A stretch of 57,399 bases of DNA, counting the filler, from Basidiobolus ranarum (Eukaryota), in the NCBI GenBank assembly GCA_040143965.1. It is 4 parts of 4 records of this genome, joined end to end, with 100 filler letters (N's around TTAATTAATTAA, not from the genome) between each part and the next. Parts side by side here need not be neighbours in the genome. Positions count along the whole stretch, not along the records: positions 14,421 to 28,720 come from JASJQH010007307.1; positions 28,821 to 43,064 come from JASJQH010007308.1; 2 more parts are not named here. One strand, written 5' to 3'. The position numbers were made by a program, and so were the translations under genes. The notes beneath the pieces were generated by a model. The model was not told the DNA's origin. It made no database searches and saw only the letters and a program-made list of their open reading frames with translations. Shown in pieces: positions 25,701 through 36,242 of this stretch. Numbering within the stretch: position 1 is the first letter of the stretch; every line of letters begins with the position of its first letter.

Positions 25701-25962
25701 GTGCTCAACTCCAAGGCGAATGGGTAAATCACGAACCAGTTATCTACCAATCTATATCATTATTGTAGTATTAGCAGGATGTTGATATTGACCAAGCCAA
25801 TATGCCCTACTAACGATCTAAAGCCCTGAAGCTACGGTATTGAAGCTACGGTATGGAAGTGAGTTCTGAATTAGGAAAATCGAAAGCGATCAGTGTTGGG
25901 GTTTATCTCTGACGGGCAGCGTTGTACCGGAGCCTATGCGAATTGGCCGCTGGACTGAAAGC

Positions 25963-26126
25963 AGCGAATTTCTGTTCCAGGAAGGTCACGAGCCTAACTC
26001 TTTTCGTAAGTGATTGAGCTGAGACTGAAAGCTGAAGTGTAGAGTAAATACGCGAATACGTGCCTAGCTTGAGCCAGATATGTTTCAAATTCATTGGGCT
26101 CAAATTGTATACTACCAATCCTTATC
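25963..26126 (+). repeat. Left arm of inverted repeat flanking the HMG gene
   Basis: Reverse complement of 28561-28720. The first 111 bp are identical; mismatches follow inward. Confidence 0.95.
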
Positions 26127-26751
26127 GTTTGTGAGTCTAATGATTCGGCACACATTGGTATCGTGGTTGGGTTAGTTTCAAGTTAAATATAGACATTGAA
26201 AATCTGGTGCTCTAGACTATTACCTGGCTCAGAAATAGATATCCGGAAATAATTTGAATCATTACTCAGTGCACAGGTTACGATTGTGACATACTGGAAC
26301 TTAAGAGTTGTATTCATGCTAACGTTATTAAGTGCTCAAAACCTGTCGAGCGATCAGTTACATGAAAAAATCATCCTAATGTAAAATATCCCCTCGATGT
26401 ATAAAGGGAGGAGGGTTAATCACAGTAATTCGTTTATATAAAAAAGAATCTATATCATAATATATAAGTTTAGAATATAATCAATAATATGCACATTTAT
26501 GAGAAAGAGTATACAGGTTTAAAAGTGGGTAAAATACAAATATACCAATGAGTGGAGATGTATTTTGCAAAACGATTATGGAAACGAATTATGGTCAACA
26601 TACAATCTTTCCATCAATCAATGTTGATATTCGGTTAAAACCCATGCAAAATGCAATGCTATGAAGTATGCACAAAATGGCACCTGTCGATTTATCACAC
26701 CTTGAACACTTCAAATTTAAGACTTTAGACTCAGTGCCTTGTAATATTTTA

Positions 26752-27783
26752 TCACATCTCAAAATTATCGGTGTTGTCGTTTTGATAACTAGTCTCGCCT
26801 GACCATGACTGATCAACAGATGACGGGGTTGATTGGGAAAACTGGGACGTGGTGGTAAGATTCGTACTCAGAGGCCAGAGTCCAGTATCGAGTAGTGTTG
26901 TATTGTAAGGGTACATCGAGAGCTGATGGTCACAATAGCCTCCTTGAGTAATTGAGGATGTTAAATTCAGTAGCTCTGACGTTAACACATTCTCATCCGA
27001 TGGCAATGGGGCTATGATTTCGAATTTTGAGTTTTGCCCAGTGGTTCCATTGATTGATAGTTGTGGGTTTTCCGAATATTGCAAAGCATAAGTTGATTTT
27101 TGCGGAGTCTGCTGATCTTGTTTACAATTACTCACTGGTGTACCACGAACTTGAGTGGATTTCTTTGAATTTTTTCGCTTGTTAGATCTTTCTGGCGCGT
27201 ATTTATAGTTTGGATACATTTCTTTGTGAATGCGCTTTTTGTCCTCTGCTGATAGTTGATACCTCTCCTTGACATCAAATGGTGCATCTTTCCACATTTG
27301 TCCGATTACTTTGGACACTTCTGAATTGGAAATCCCAGGGTTTTGGGCAAAAACACTAGCCTGAACATCTTTTCGAAAGAGCAAGAACGGGTTCAACGGT
27401 CTTGGAGGCTTTAAAATTCTCTTCACAGTTTCTGTATCTTCTTCAATGTGAGTGGAGGATCGTGGAGAGTTGGACTGTGACGTGGTTGCAGCTGTGATCT
27501 CACATTTGGGAGTTGGGATAATATTCACTGCTTGGGATTGGAGTTCTTGATAATGACAATGAGGAATAAGAACGGGAATGTAGCCCTGGGGAACCACACA
27601 ATATGAGTAGTTTTGCATAGCTATGGATTGTGATATGTCTTGAAAGGTGCTACTGTAGAAAAAACTCAATGGTATACTGTTGGACACGTTCAATACAAAA
27701 GGGTTATTTGGATATAGCATTGATATTCCTACTAACGAAGGCAGCGGATACTTCTCGTTTGTAGTAGTGAAAACTGAATCCAT
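26752..27783 (-). CDS. Intronless MATA/SOX-type HMG-box transcription factor (sexM/sexP-like family)
   Basis: KPPRPLNPFLLFRKD..NPGISNSEVSKVIGQMWKDA..KERY..HKEMYPNYKYAP plus a basic tail. A TATA-like (TA)n run lies ~110 bp upstream. Confidence 0.92.
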   Translation of the reverse strand: MDSVFTTTNEKYPLPSLVGISMLYPNNPFVLNVSNSIPLSFFYSSTFQDISQSIAMQNYSYCVVPQGYIPVLIPHCHYQELQSQAVNIIPTPKCEITAATTSQSNSPRSSTHIEEDTETVKRILKPPRPLNPFLLFRKDVQASVFAQNPGISNSEVSKVIGQMWKDAPFDVKERYQLSAEDKKRIHKEMYPNYKYAPERSNKRKNSKKSTQVRGTPVSNCKQDQQTPQKSTYALQYSENPQLSINGTTGQNSKFEIIAPLPSDENVLTSELLNLTSSITQGGYCDHQLSMYPYNTTLLDTGLWPLSTNLTTTSQFSQSTPSSVDQSWSGETSYQNDNTDNFEM

Positions 27784-28560
27784 TCCAATACTATCTGTAA
27801 GCTTTCTTCAAAGATATAGAAACAGAGTAGAAGGAAGAAATTGAATCTTAGTGGAAAGAATATGATTGCTGTATCGGTAGGAGTCTGATGTTAATATATA
27901 TATAGATTGAAGCTTGTACTACTCTAAGATGATCATTCACCTACCATCTGATTTGCTTAATCGAATATTAATGATGATAATTTAAACAGTATATAAAATA
28001 TAATATTGCAAGACATGAAGAATCAATGGAAAGTATAGTGGGCTGCAAAAAATCCGAAACATATTCTTAGTTCCACTTCCCTTGGTACGTGGCACGAATT
28101 GAGTCTAATTTGGGAAGGCATAAATTTTGATATCCCTTTTTAGTCATTCAAGTCCAAATTCTTGAAGCCTGTTTGAATTGAAGGCATGTTGACGTCATTC
28201 GAAGTATACTCCATAGTATTATAAAGTTGTGTGGTACAACAAAGAGTACTAACAACGACATAGAGAGTTAATAAACTCCGCGATAACCGAGCAGCGGTTG
28301 TTGTTATCGTGGATATCAGCCCAGTGGTTACATTATCATCAGAGATCATCGACCGTCACGATATATTTCTTGAAGTAACTGAATGCGTATCACACTCAAG
28401 GTACACAGGTTGTTACTATCATTTTAGGCTTAACTAGTTTAGCCAAAGTATTTACTATTTTATCTGGTACGTAACAAATCTGCCCTATTACTCAAGTTGT
28501 GTTATTAGCCTCAACTTCCCTAGAACAACTCAGTCCAATAATTTCCGATTAGCCGCATAT

Positions 28561-28720
28561 GATAAGGATTGGTACCGATTAAAGCCTGATGAATTTGAAA
28601 CATGTCTGACTCAAGCTAGGCACGTATTCGCGTATTTACTCTACACTTCAGCTTTCAGTCTCAGCTCAATCACTTACGAAAAGAGTTAGGCTCGTGACCT
28701 TCCTGGAACAGAAATTCGCT
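28561..28720 (-). repeat. Right arm of inverted repeat, truncated by contig end
   Basis: Matches 25963-26126 in reverse, and identity is still perfect at the last sequenced base. Confidence 0.95.
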
Positions 28721-28820
28721 NNNNNNNNNNNNNNNNNNNNNNNNNNNNNNNNNNNNNNNNNNNNTTAATTAATTAANNNNNNNNNNNNNNNNNNNNNNNN
28801 NNNNNNNNNNNNNNNNNNNN
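28721..28820. other. Assembly spacer
   Basis: N run with TTAATTAATTAA. Confidence 0.97.
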
Positions 28821-29201
28821 GATGAGCTTCTTGTTCTTGTTCAACTTCTTAAGATCCTCGACAGACATGGATTCCAAACCTTGTTCCTTGGCTTGATCGC
28901 AGTGATGGGCATCACCAAGAACGCAGACGGACATCTTAGGACGGGGGACATGGGGGAGCTTGATGGTTCCCGAGAAACGTTTATCACGTTGGGGATCGTA
29001 GTTCTTGAGACCAATTTGAAGTTCGCAAGTTTCGGTGAACTTACGAGCCTTCTCTTGGGACTCGGACAAGACGGTGCGGACACACTCTCTTACGGCGGCG
29101 ACGGAGATTTTGCTACTGTAAGATAGAAAAGAAACAATAATTAATGGATGTTCATTGATGGATGGATAGAAGATCTATAGATCCATATTCACATACCTCA
29201 T
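28821..29201 (-). CDS. RPL1: 60S ribosomal protein uL1 (5' half; rest in gap)
   Basis: [49 protein letters not shown], with an intron after ATGAG. Confidence 0.96.
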
Positions 29202-29493
29202 GTTATGATCAACTGTCGAAACAGAAAAGGAGATCGTTACAAATCCCAGAGGAGAATATTTAATATTGGATTGACCCACCCCAGAATTGCATATTTCCCT
29301 AGATTATTTTGGATAATTTATTTCAAACCCTGGAAATCAAATGTGTTAACATAGATCGATTACAATGCTACTTTCGAAATGTCTGCTTAATCTATTCGAA
29401 AAAAAAGAAAAAAATCATGATGTTTCAAACTAGCAACGACTGCTTGGACAAGTTACTACCTTTTCATACACCTACTCATTTCTCTTATACGAG

Positions 29494-29952
29494 ATGTTAT
29501 TCTGCCCGTCCTGTTCAAATCTGTTACTCATCTCTAATGACACAGGATCGAATCACTTTTATTGCCAGACATGTCCTTACATGTTTCCAGTAACTAGAAC
29601 CGTGAGTGGCCATTACTAAGGAAGATAACACATTGTCAGTTGACGTGAACTAATTTTTTGTTTCCTAGCATGCCACTAGAAACGTGTTAAAACGTAAGGA
29701 AGTGGATGACGTACTTGGTGGTGCCAAGGCTTGGGCTAACGTAGATTCTATCGAAGGTAATCATTAATACATATTCAACCTCATTATAGTACAATGGCTC
29801 TAAGATTGGTTATTTATGTAGCTACCTGTCCTAAATGTGAGCATCTTCGTGCCTATTTCTTACAAATCCAAATTCGTTCTGCCGATGAACCCATGTCCAC
29901 ATTTTACAAGTGTTGTAACCATGAATGTCAATACCAGTGGAAAGAGAAATAA
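29494..29952 (+). CDS. RPC11: RNA polymerase III subunit C11
   Basis: Three exons: MLFCPSCSNLL..CQTCPY|KRKEVDDVLGG..W|CPKCEH..QIRSADEPMSTFYKC..C..W. Not in the ORF track. Confidence 0.95.
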
Positions 29953-30493
29953 TGCAACCAATTTACCACCAGCTAGGGTAACATTTAGAAAGGCTATGCT
30001 ATGTCATACATCTCCTACACCTACGCCTACTGCATTCAAAGTTACTAATAGCCTGAACTATGTAGTGGTTATTTAAGTTTAATATATTGTAATAAAATAG
30101 AACATATATTGTGAACAGATCAGATATATGCACTAATGCAGGGCCATTCTATTACAATATTACTGAGAAGTTCAAACAACGGTAGCTGGAAATAATCACA
30201 TAAAACATACCAGTTGTGCGAATTTGTGAGTTAATATCTTTTCCAGGGTACTACACCACCCGATTGGATTTGGAAATACTAATTTGGCTTGTGTAAGATT
30301 GAATCTACAAGCCTTTGAAGACTTCCTTTCTGGGACTTAGAATTAACATATGAGCTTTAATTGCACCTCATAAACCTTCATCTTTTTGTCCATCACATCA
30401 TATCAGTTTATATAGACTTTAGTGTTATTATAGAGTTTGTCGCTGCAGTAAACATTTTGATTGTTTAACTGATACTACGCGGAGTTATCTTCT

Positions 30494-33076
30494 ATGTCTT
30501 CTTCGAATAGACTGCAGGCCGGGACTGCTTCCTACAGCTTTGATGAGGATAATGGTTAGGATTCATTAGTTATATATCTATTTTACTCTCAAGAGTTTAC
30601 TTCTCCCAGGTGGTTTTTTACCGATAAAATATTAACACTAAGGTTTTTTTAATTGTTTCCACAAAAGAAATATCGAATTGTCATGTTTGTCATGAACCTG
30701 CCTTATTCATGTGTAGTGCTTGCGGATCTTCCGTTCAATATTGTTCTGAACAGTGCCAAAAAGACGATTGGCCAAAACATATGGGGATATGTGTGAGAAC
30801 AGTTTCTTCCTATGTAAATCGAGATAGTGGTATAACATTCAAAGTTTTTGGTTTCTCAAAATGTAACTATACTCACTGTAGCATCTTCATATTAATTAGA
30901 CATTTCGGGTATTAGTCAGGTATAAACTATTAATTTACCAATTATCACTTTGTTCAAAGCACTTTTTGTTGTCGATGGCCCTCTCTAACATTCTCACTTG
31001 GTTTTAGATATCTTACGGTGACAGTCGACATAGTCAGGCTCCTTTCAACCCTACTACAACTGCGGAAGATTCTCATGAGAGTCTAGAAGAGCAAAGATCA
31101 GAACTTCAGTTTTATACCGCGCAGATTTATCAAATTATAAAACCAGTTCTTTGTTGTATTATTCTTTCGATTCTTTGGGTTAAAATTTCAATGTCCGGAA
31201 GTGACTATCGGTACGTATGTATTGACTGGAGTATGTGTGTAAATAGAACAAGTGTAACGGTTTTATCTGTAGTCCAGCACCATCTGGCTATGCCGTATAT
31301 AACGAATCTGGAACCGGGTCAACCTCCGATCGGTTTCTTGGGTCCTTGCTGAATGCATCGATAATTATTGGCCAAGTGGTGGTTTCAACGTTCATTATTG
31401 TATGCTTGTTCAAGTTTGGATATATCAAGGTAAGAATATTCTTGAATCTGTACTGGGATCTGCTATTGATGGCTTCATCACTTTAGATTTTAATTGGATT
31501 CTTCATTTTGGTTGTCACTACACTTCTCGGGTTCATGGGATACTTGCTTGCTTTGTAAGAACTCTTAAATCGACCATTACAATGTCACTTGTGCTAACTC
31601 TTTCATCCACCAGGAATCTGTTACAGGTGTTTAATTTCGGACTTGATTACATTACTCTTGTATTTTGCCTGTATAATTTTGCAGCCGTTGGACTAGTAGT
31701 GATTTTTTGGAAAGGGCCTTTATTACTTCAACAAATATATCTGACAGTAATGTCCTCATTAATGGTGAGTGCAGTGATGCTCTATTCAGCGTGAAGTATC
31801 CTAGTCTGACAGTATCCGCCATTATGAATCTATAGGCATTTTCTTTGACTGGGCTGCAAGAGTGGACAACATGGATGTTACTGGGACTTTTGGCTATCTG
31901 GGGTAAGTCGCAGGTTGGGTAGCGATTTTGATTAGTTGTATATCAACCCATTTCCCCACATTACAGATCTTATTGCCGTATTGTGCCCTTTCGGACCTTT
32001 AAAGATCCTCGTTGAGTCTTCAAGAGAGCAACAGAGAGATGTCCCCGCTCTACTCTATTCTGGTAAGTAGGGACTTGAAGCCTTTGACAGAGCTTGATGT
32101 AAACCTATTTCTCATCTCCGAATTCCCACTTTCTAGTTGGAACTATAGTTTGGTTGATGGCAACTAATTTATCCGGATACGAGCCAGTTCGAACCGCTAG
32201 TGACGCTTCAGATAGTATCAACACTCCACCTTCCGAATTAGAATATCAGTATAACTCGGATTCTTCCAGTCATTCACGTTCAGATCAACATTTGCATTTA
32301 TCGCCCAACCCATCACCTGCTGAATTAACTACAAACCGTCCGTTTGGACAAACTTCAACGACAAGACTAGAGAATCCCTTTTCCAATACCGATGATCATC
32401 CTGATCGACGTGCAATTAATAGCAGCTCTACCAGCTCTTCAAGTTTCAGATCCAATATAATTCCCTCCAGACAGTCATCCTTACTTCCTCTAGATGGCGA
32501 AGAGGTTCCAATGCAAGCGCGGATAGAACCAGAAGATGGTCCGTCCTCTACACCTGGCTTTGTTCCCACGGGGGAAAGACAGGAATCAAGAGCAATTGCA
32601 ACCGAGGAAGATGAAGGTAATCAGCATTTAACAACTACCATCGGTGTACAATCACACTAATGTTGATTGATTCTCCTAGATGAGCGAAGTGGATTGAAGT
32701 TAGGGTTGGGAGATTTTGTATTTTACAGCGTACTTATAGCCAGAGCATGTGTGTATATTCATGAATACATTTGATATGCATCCACACTAATTCTTGATGG
32801 ATTAATCTAGCAATGTCTGACTGGATAACGACAGTGGCATGTTTAGTGGCAGTAATGACGGTTGGTACACTTGGTTATTGCTTAGTAAACACCCAATGGC
32901 TAACATTCACTCTAATGCAGGGACTAAATGCTACAATCTTTTTACTGGCCATCGCAAGAAAGGCTCTACCGGCTCTTCCGATCTCCATAGCATTCGGGAT
33001 GTTGTTCTACTTTGTGTCCAGCTTCATGTTGGTGCCATACATTCAGTCACTCTCCATTGCTCAAATAATGGTATGA
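30494..33076 (+). CDS. PSEN: Presenilin with N-terminal MYND zinc finger
   Basis: KGPLLLQQIYL, EWTTWMLL..AIWDLIAVLCPFGPLKILVE, PALLYS, LKLGLGDFVFYSVL, KALPALPISI. The MYND exon is joined in frame via GT-AG introns. Confidence 0.92.
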
Positions 33077-33371
33077 TTATTTTTGGTAATTGGCCTTCTT
33101 CCACGTGAGACTACCTGTCTGCAAAGCAAATACGATCATATTAAAGCAGACTTCGGTTTCAGTCGACAACTTAATTATTCCAGTCGAACTCACCCCTCTG
33201 ACTCTGGATTCTCCTGTGTGGTATCAACTGTAGTATTTATATATATCAGACTGCTTTTATTTATTAGCTTAATAAAGTACAAAGCGCTATCGAGCTCGAC
33301 TGACATCACAAACAGCGCGTATATGTGTCAGGATAGACAAATAATATTCGTTAGGAAGAGACACTGGTATT

Positions 33372-34734
33372 TTAGTTACGTGTGCGGATACGGGCGCGGG
33401 TGCGGGTGCGAGTACGGATACGATGATATCGACAAACAAAGCACACTTGTATCAGACAATTCTGGCACTGGAAGCAATAATTAGTCATTAAGAAATCCGC
33501 ACAATAGCCACATGGACGCATCCGCCTTAGATCTCTATGTTCCCAATTATGTTGGCAATCCTCATGGTCTCTTAGTTGCACAGCCAAACGATTAATTTCA
33601 AAATGAAGTTGGCATCCTCTAAGGTTGGGATTCGCTGCTTCGAGTCTCGCGTGAGCCACATCCAATAAACGTCCTTCGTCCCAATTACGACATTGACAAC
33701 CTTTCCAGCGAGTGCCACATAAATAGCAGAATTCATTTCCACAGGTACAGGTGATATGATAGCACCCAGATCTCAATTCAACAAGATTGCGGCATTTTGT
33801 ACACCTTTGCCAATGTTGTTGTGAGGCAAGATCCAGTACTGTCTTCGTGCCAAGGTCTTCGGGGCAATCTTCTTCAACATGTGCATAATTTTTACAAGTA
33901 ATACAGATCTTACAGCCACAGTATTTGCAATTAATGCATCCATCAGAGATACCCCTTGATGGGATTTCATTGAACTTTGAACACGTGGGAGTAGGACAAT
34001 ACAATTTATCTTCGGTGCTGAATTCTAACCACGCCTGAAGATACTCTTGCAAGTAATTATTTGAGAGTACTTGATGCGCCACATTTGAGTCGATAACGTT
34101 GTTGCAACAGCGAACAGGTAGAAGTGAATCATCTTTTGTTGCGGCACGGAAAAGTCGAGATAGACAATGAGTACAATATCCATGATGGCAGTATGGAAAA
34201 TGATATAAATCGACTTTTTCTTCCATACAACTGATGCAAGTAAAGAGTGATTTACTAGATCCTTCTTGAGCCTTCGTTGATGCTTCATTAGTATCTTGGA
34301 TAAGGCTCTTCTCTAACGTGCTATACAACACAACAATATGGTTAGAAGCAGGTGTGGACCTGACTATTGGTATAAACTCACCTAAATGCCATTTCAAGGT
34401 TAATTGATGGATTTGATTTGTTGTTGAGAGATGGCTTTGCTATTTGGTCTTGAGAAAACAATGTTGCTACTTCTCTGTCTCTAGCTTCAGCCATTTCTAT
34501 CTGGGCAAAGGCGTCCAATAATGGGCCATCAGCCTCATCAGCTAATTCTAAAGACCTCGCCATTACCATATCACTACATGTTATCTTCATTCTAGCAAGG
34601 TCGTATTCGAGAAGCTCAATGAGTAAATCATCACTTTCGGGAACTTTTCCCTTTCCTTTTGTACTCGAAAGAATATTGTTCAAGTCTTCTTCTATCAATT
34701 TAATCACCAAACGAAAGCTCTCTAAGTCGTTCAT
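33372..34734 (-). CDS. RBR (RING-IBR-RING) E3 ubiquitin ligase
   Basis: CISC..CHHGYCTHC..PVRCC, YCPTPTC..CKYC..CITCKNYAH..C, CTKC..GCYHITCTCGNEFCYLC. One intron at ~34322-34382. Confidence 0.9.
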
Positions 34735-34911
34735 TTCAAATGATCCGATGAAGGTAAAGAGAAGTGAAATCAAGCATTATTTATTGAAATTACTAGATAA
34801 GAGCTCCTTAACTGATCATCGCAATCATCACTAAGACCTTTGATTCATTAAAGTTAGGCAGTATATTTGCTGCTCTTGTAGGCTATATATTTGTTATCCT
34901 TATTGGCCGAT

Positions 34912-35853
34912 TCAATTTCCTTTGGGTTTAAAGTCTGAATGATCTTTATGGGCTATAAGGAGAAAAATTTATGTAAAGAGATCATCATCGGTAGGCAAAG
35001 ACGTAATCTAAGATGGAACTTATATACCTTTATAATAGGTGGCTTGGAACTCCATATCCTTGACTGAATGCTTGATTTTTTGGAATACACCGGTTTCATT
35101 CATATACCTAGCATTGCTATTCCAAATTTGAATGATATCAGCATTCCAACGGGAGCTAACTGAAATACCACAAATTTCGTCCTCTAAGATGTAAATTTAA
35201 TGGAGTGAAAGTACTTTTTCAAAATGGGATTTCTTCTCACCTCCGAGTATAGTTTCTTCAAACTGTTCACCTATGATAAGCATCAATAGTTCCCGCCAAA
35301 CCAAGGTAGAATCCTCCTTTTTTACTCGGAAACAATAAGAGCCACCATATTCATTCTTTGGGTCTTCCCTAGGGGGTGAGAAGTGCGTGTTAATTCCTGT
35401 TGATGGGAAAACTGGAAACTCCTCTAATATCGACTTACCAGATAGGCTTGATTCCTTTCTTCATAAAATGGAGACTGTTTCTATTTTGTAGCTTGTCCGG
35501 TGTGAATAGATTATTGTAGACACTCCAAAATTCCTAGGGTTTAGGACTGTTTATTTCTACCGAGAAAGCGGGGTAAACCCAGATAGCGAAGTAACCTACC
35601 TGGACAGTACTGACGGTATATAGGTCTTTTAAGTTGGTCTCATATTCTGAGGTATTTTGGGTGTAGATAAATCTGGGCAAAGAAAGGGAATAAGTGTAGG
35701 TTAGGTAGAATATTTCGAAAGGGAAAGTCAAGGTTCATACTTGTCATGCCAAAAGGTCCATTCGTGTTGTAAGGGAATGGCCTCTTTCAACAGTTTCGAT
35801 GGATTTTGGGTGATATTCTCCCCAGTGGTGTCTTGAGAAACGAGGGTTGTCAT
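34912..35853 (-). CDS. eIF4E family cap-binding protein, class III (eIF4E3-like)
   Basis: PLQHEWTFWHDK..EYETNLKDLYTVSTVQEFWSVYNN..KPIWED..WRELL..IGEQF..YYKAHKDHSDF. Confidence 0.88.
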
Positions 35854-36242
35854 ATTGATTCTCTCGTAACAGAACGAAGAAAGACTACACTGTAATATCT
35901 GGACACATCTCTTCTCTCTCCATGACACCCCTGGATCCAAGAATTTAGAGTCAAGTTGCCCTAATTTAGTTAATTCAAACCAACTACAATCTTGTGTTTC
36001 TAACGTAATCGTATAATCACATAATCAATCAAATCACTAGTAAAACAATCAAATTTACACACCGGAGCATAAGATCGGCTTCGGAGTAATAGTTATCTCA
36101 TTCAAATTTAGCAACGCTGTGATTTGGTCAGTCGGTCCATATTGTGCAGCGATTAAGCAAAAAGTTTGATTGCAAATTAAGTAGTTAATGGGTAAAGTAC
36201 TCCTAGAGATTATCAAAGCTAAAGCAACGTTGAACCTACGCT

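Noticed and set aside
26752-27783. Naming the HMG gene sexM or sexP
   Set aside because: None of the usual Mucorales flanking genes (triose-phosphate transporter, RNA helicase) is visible, and MATA-HMG families can be large. Needs phylogeny.
28140-28349. 69-aa ORF inside the inverted-repeat spacer as a second cassette gene
   Set aside because: Short, with no recognisable domain or pheromone CAAX end. Cannot be supported.
28586-28601. CTGATGA..GAAAC resembling a hammerhead ribozyme core
   Set aside because: Only 4 nt separate the motifs, there is no stem II, and the left arm copy does not conserve it.
31899-31968. Presenilin WD instead of YD at the first catalytic Asp
   Set aside because: WD also occurs in active invertebrate presenilins, so it is not evidence of altered function.
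33375-33425. Arg-Thr/Arg-Ala dipeptide tail of the RBR ligase
   Set aside because: Simple hexamer repeat expansion at the C-terminus with no evidence of function.
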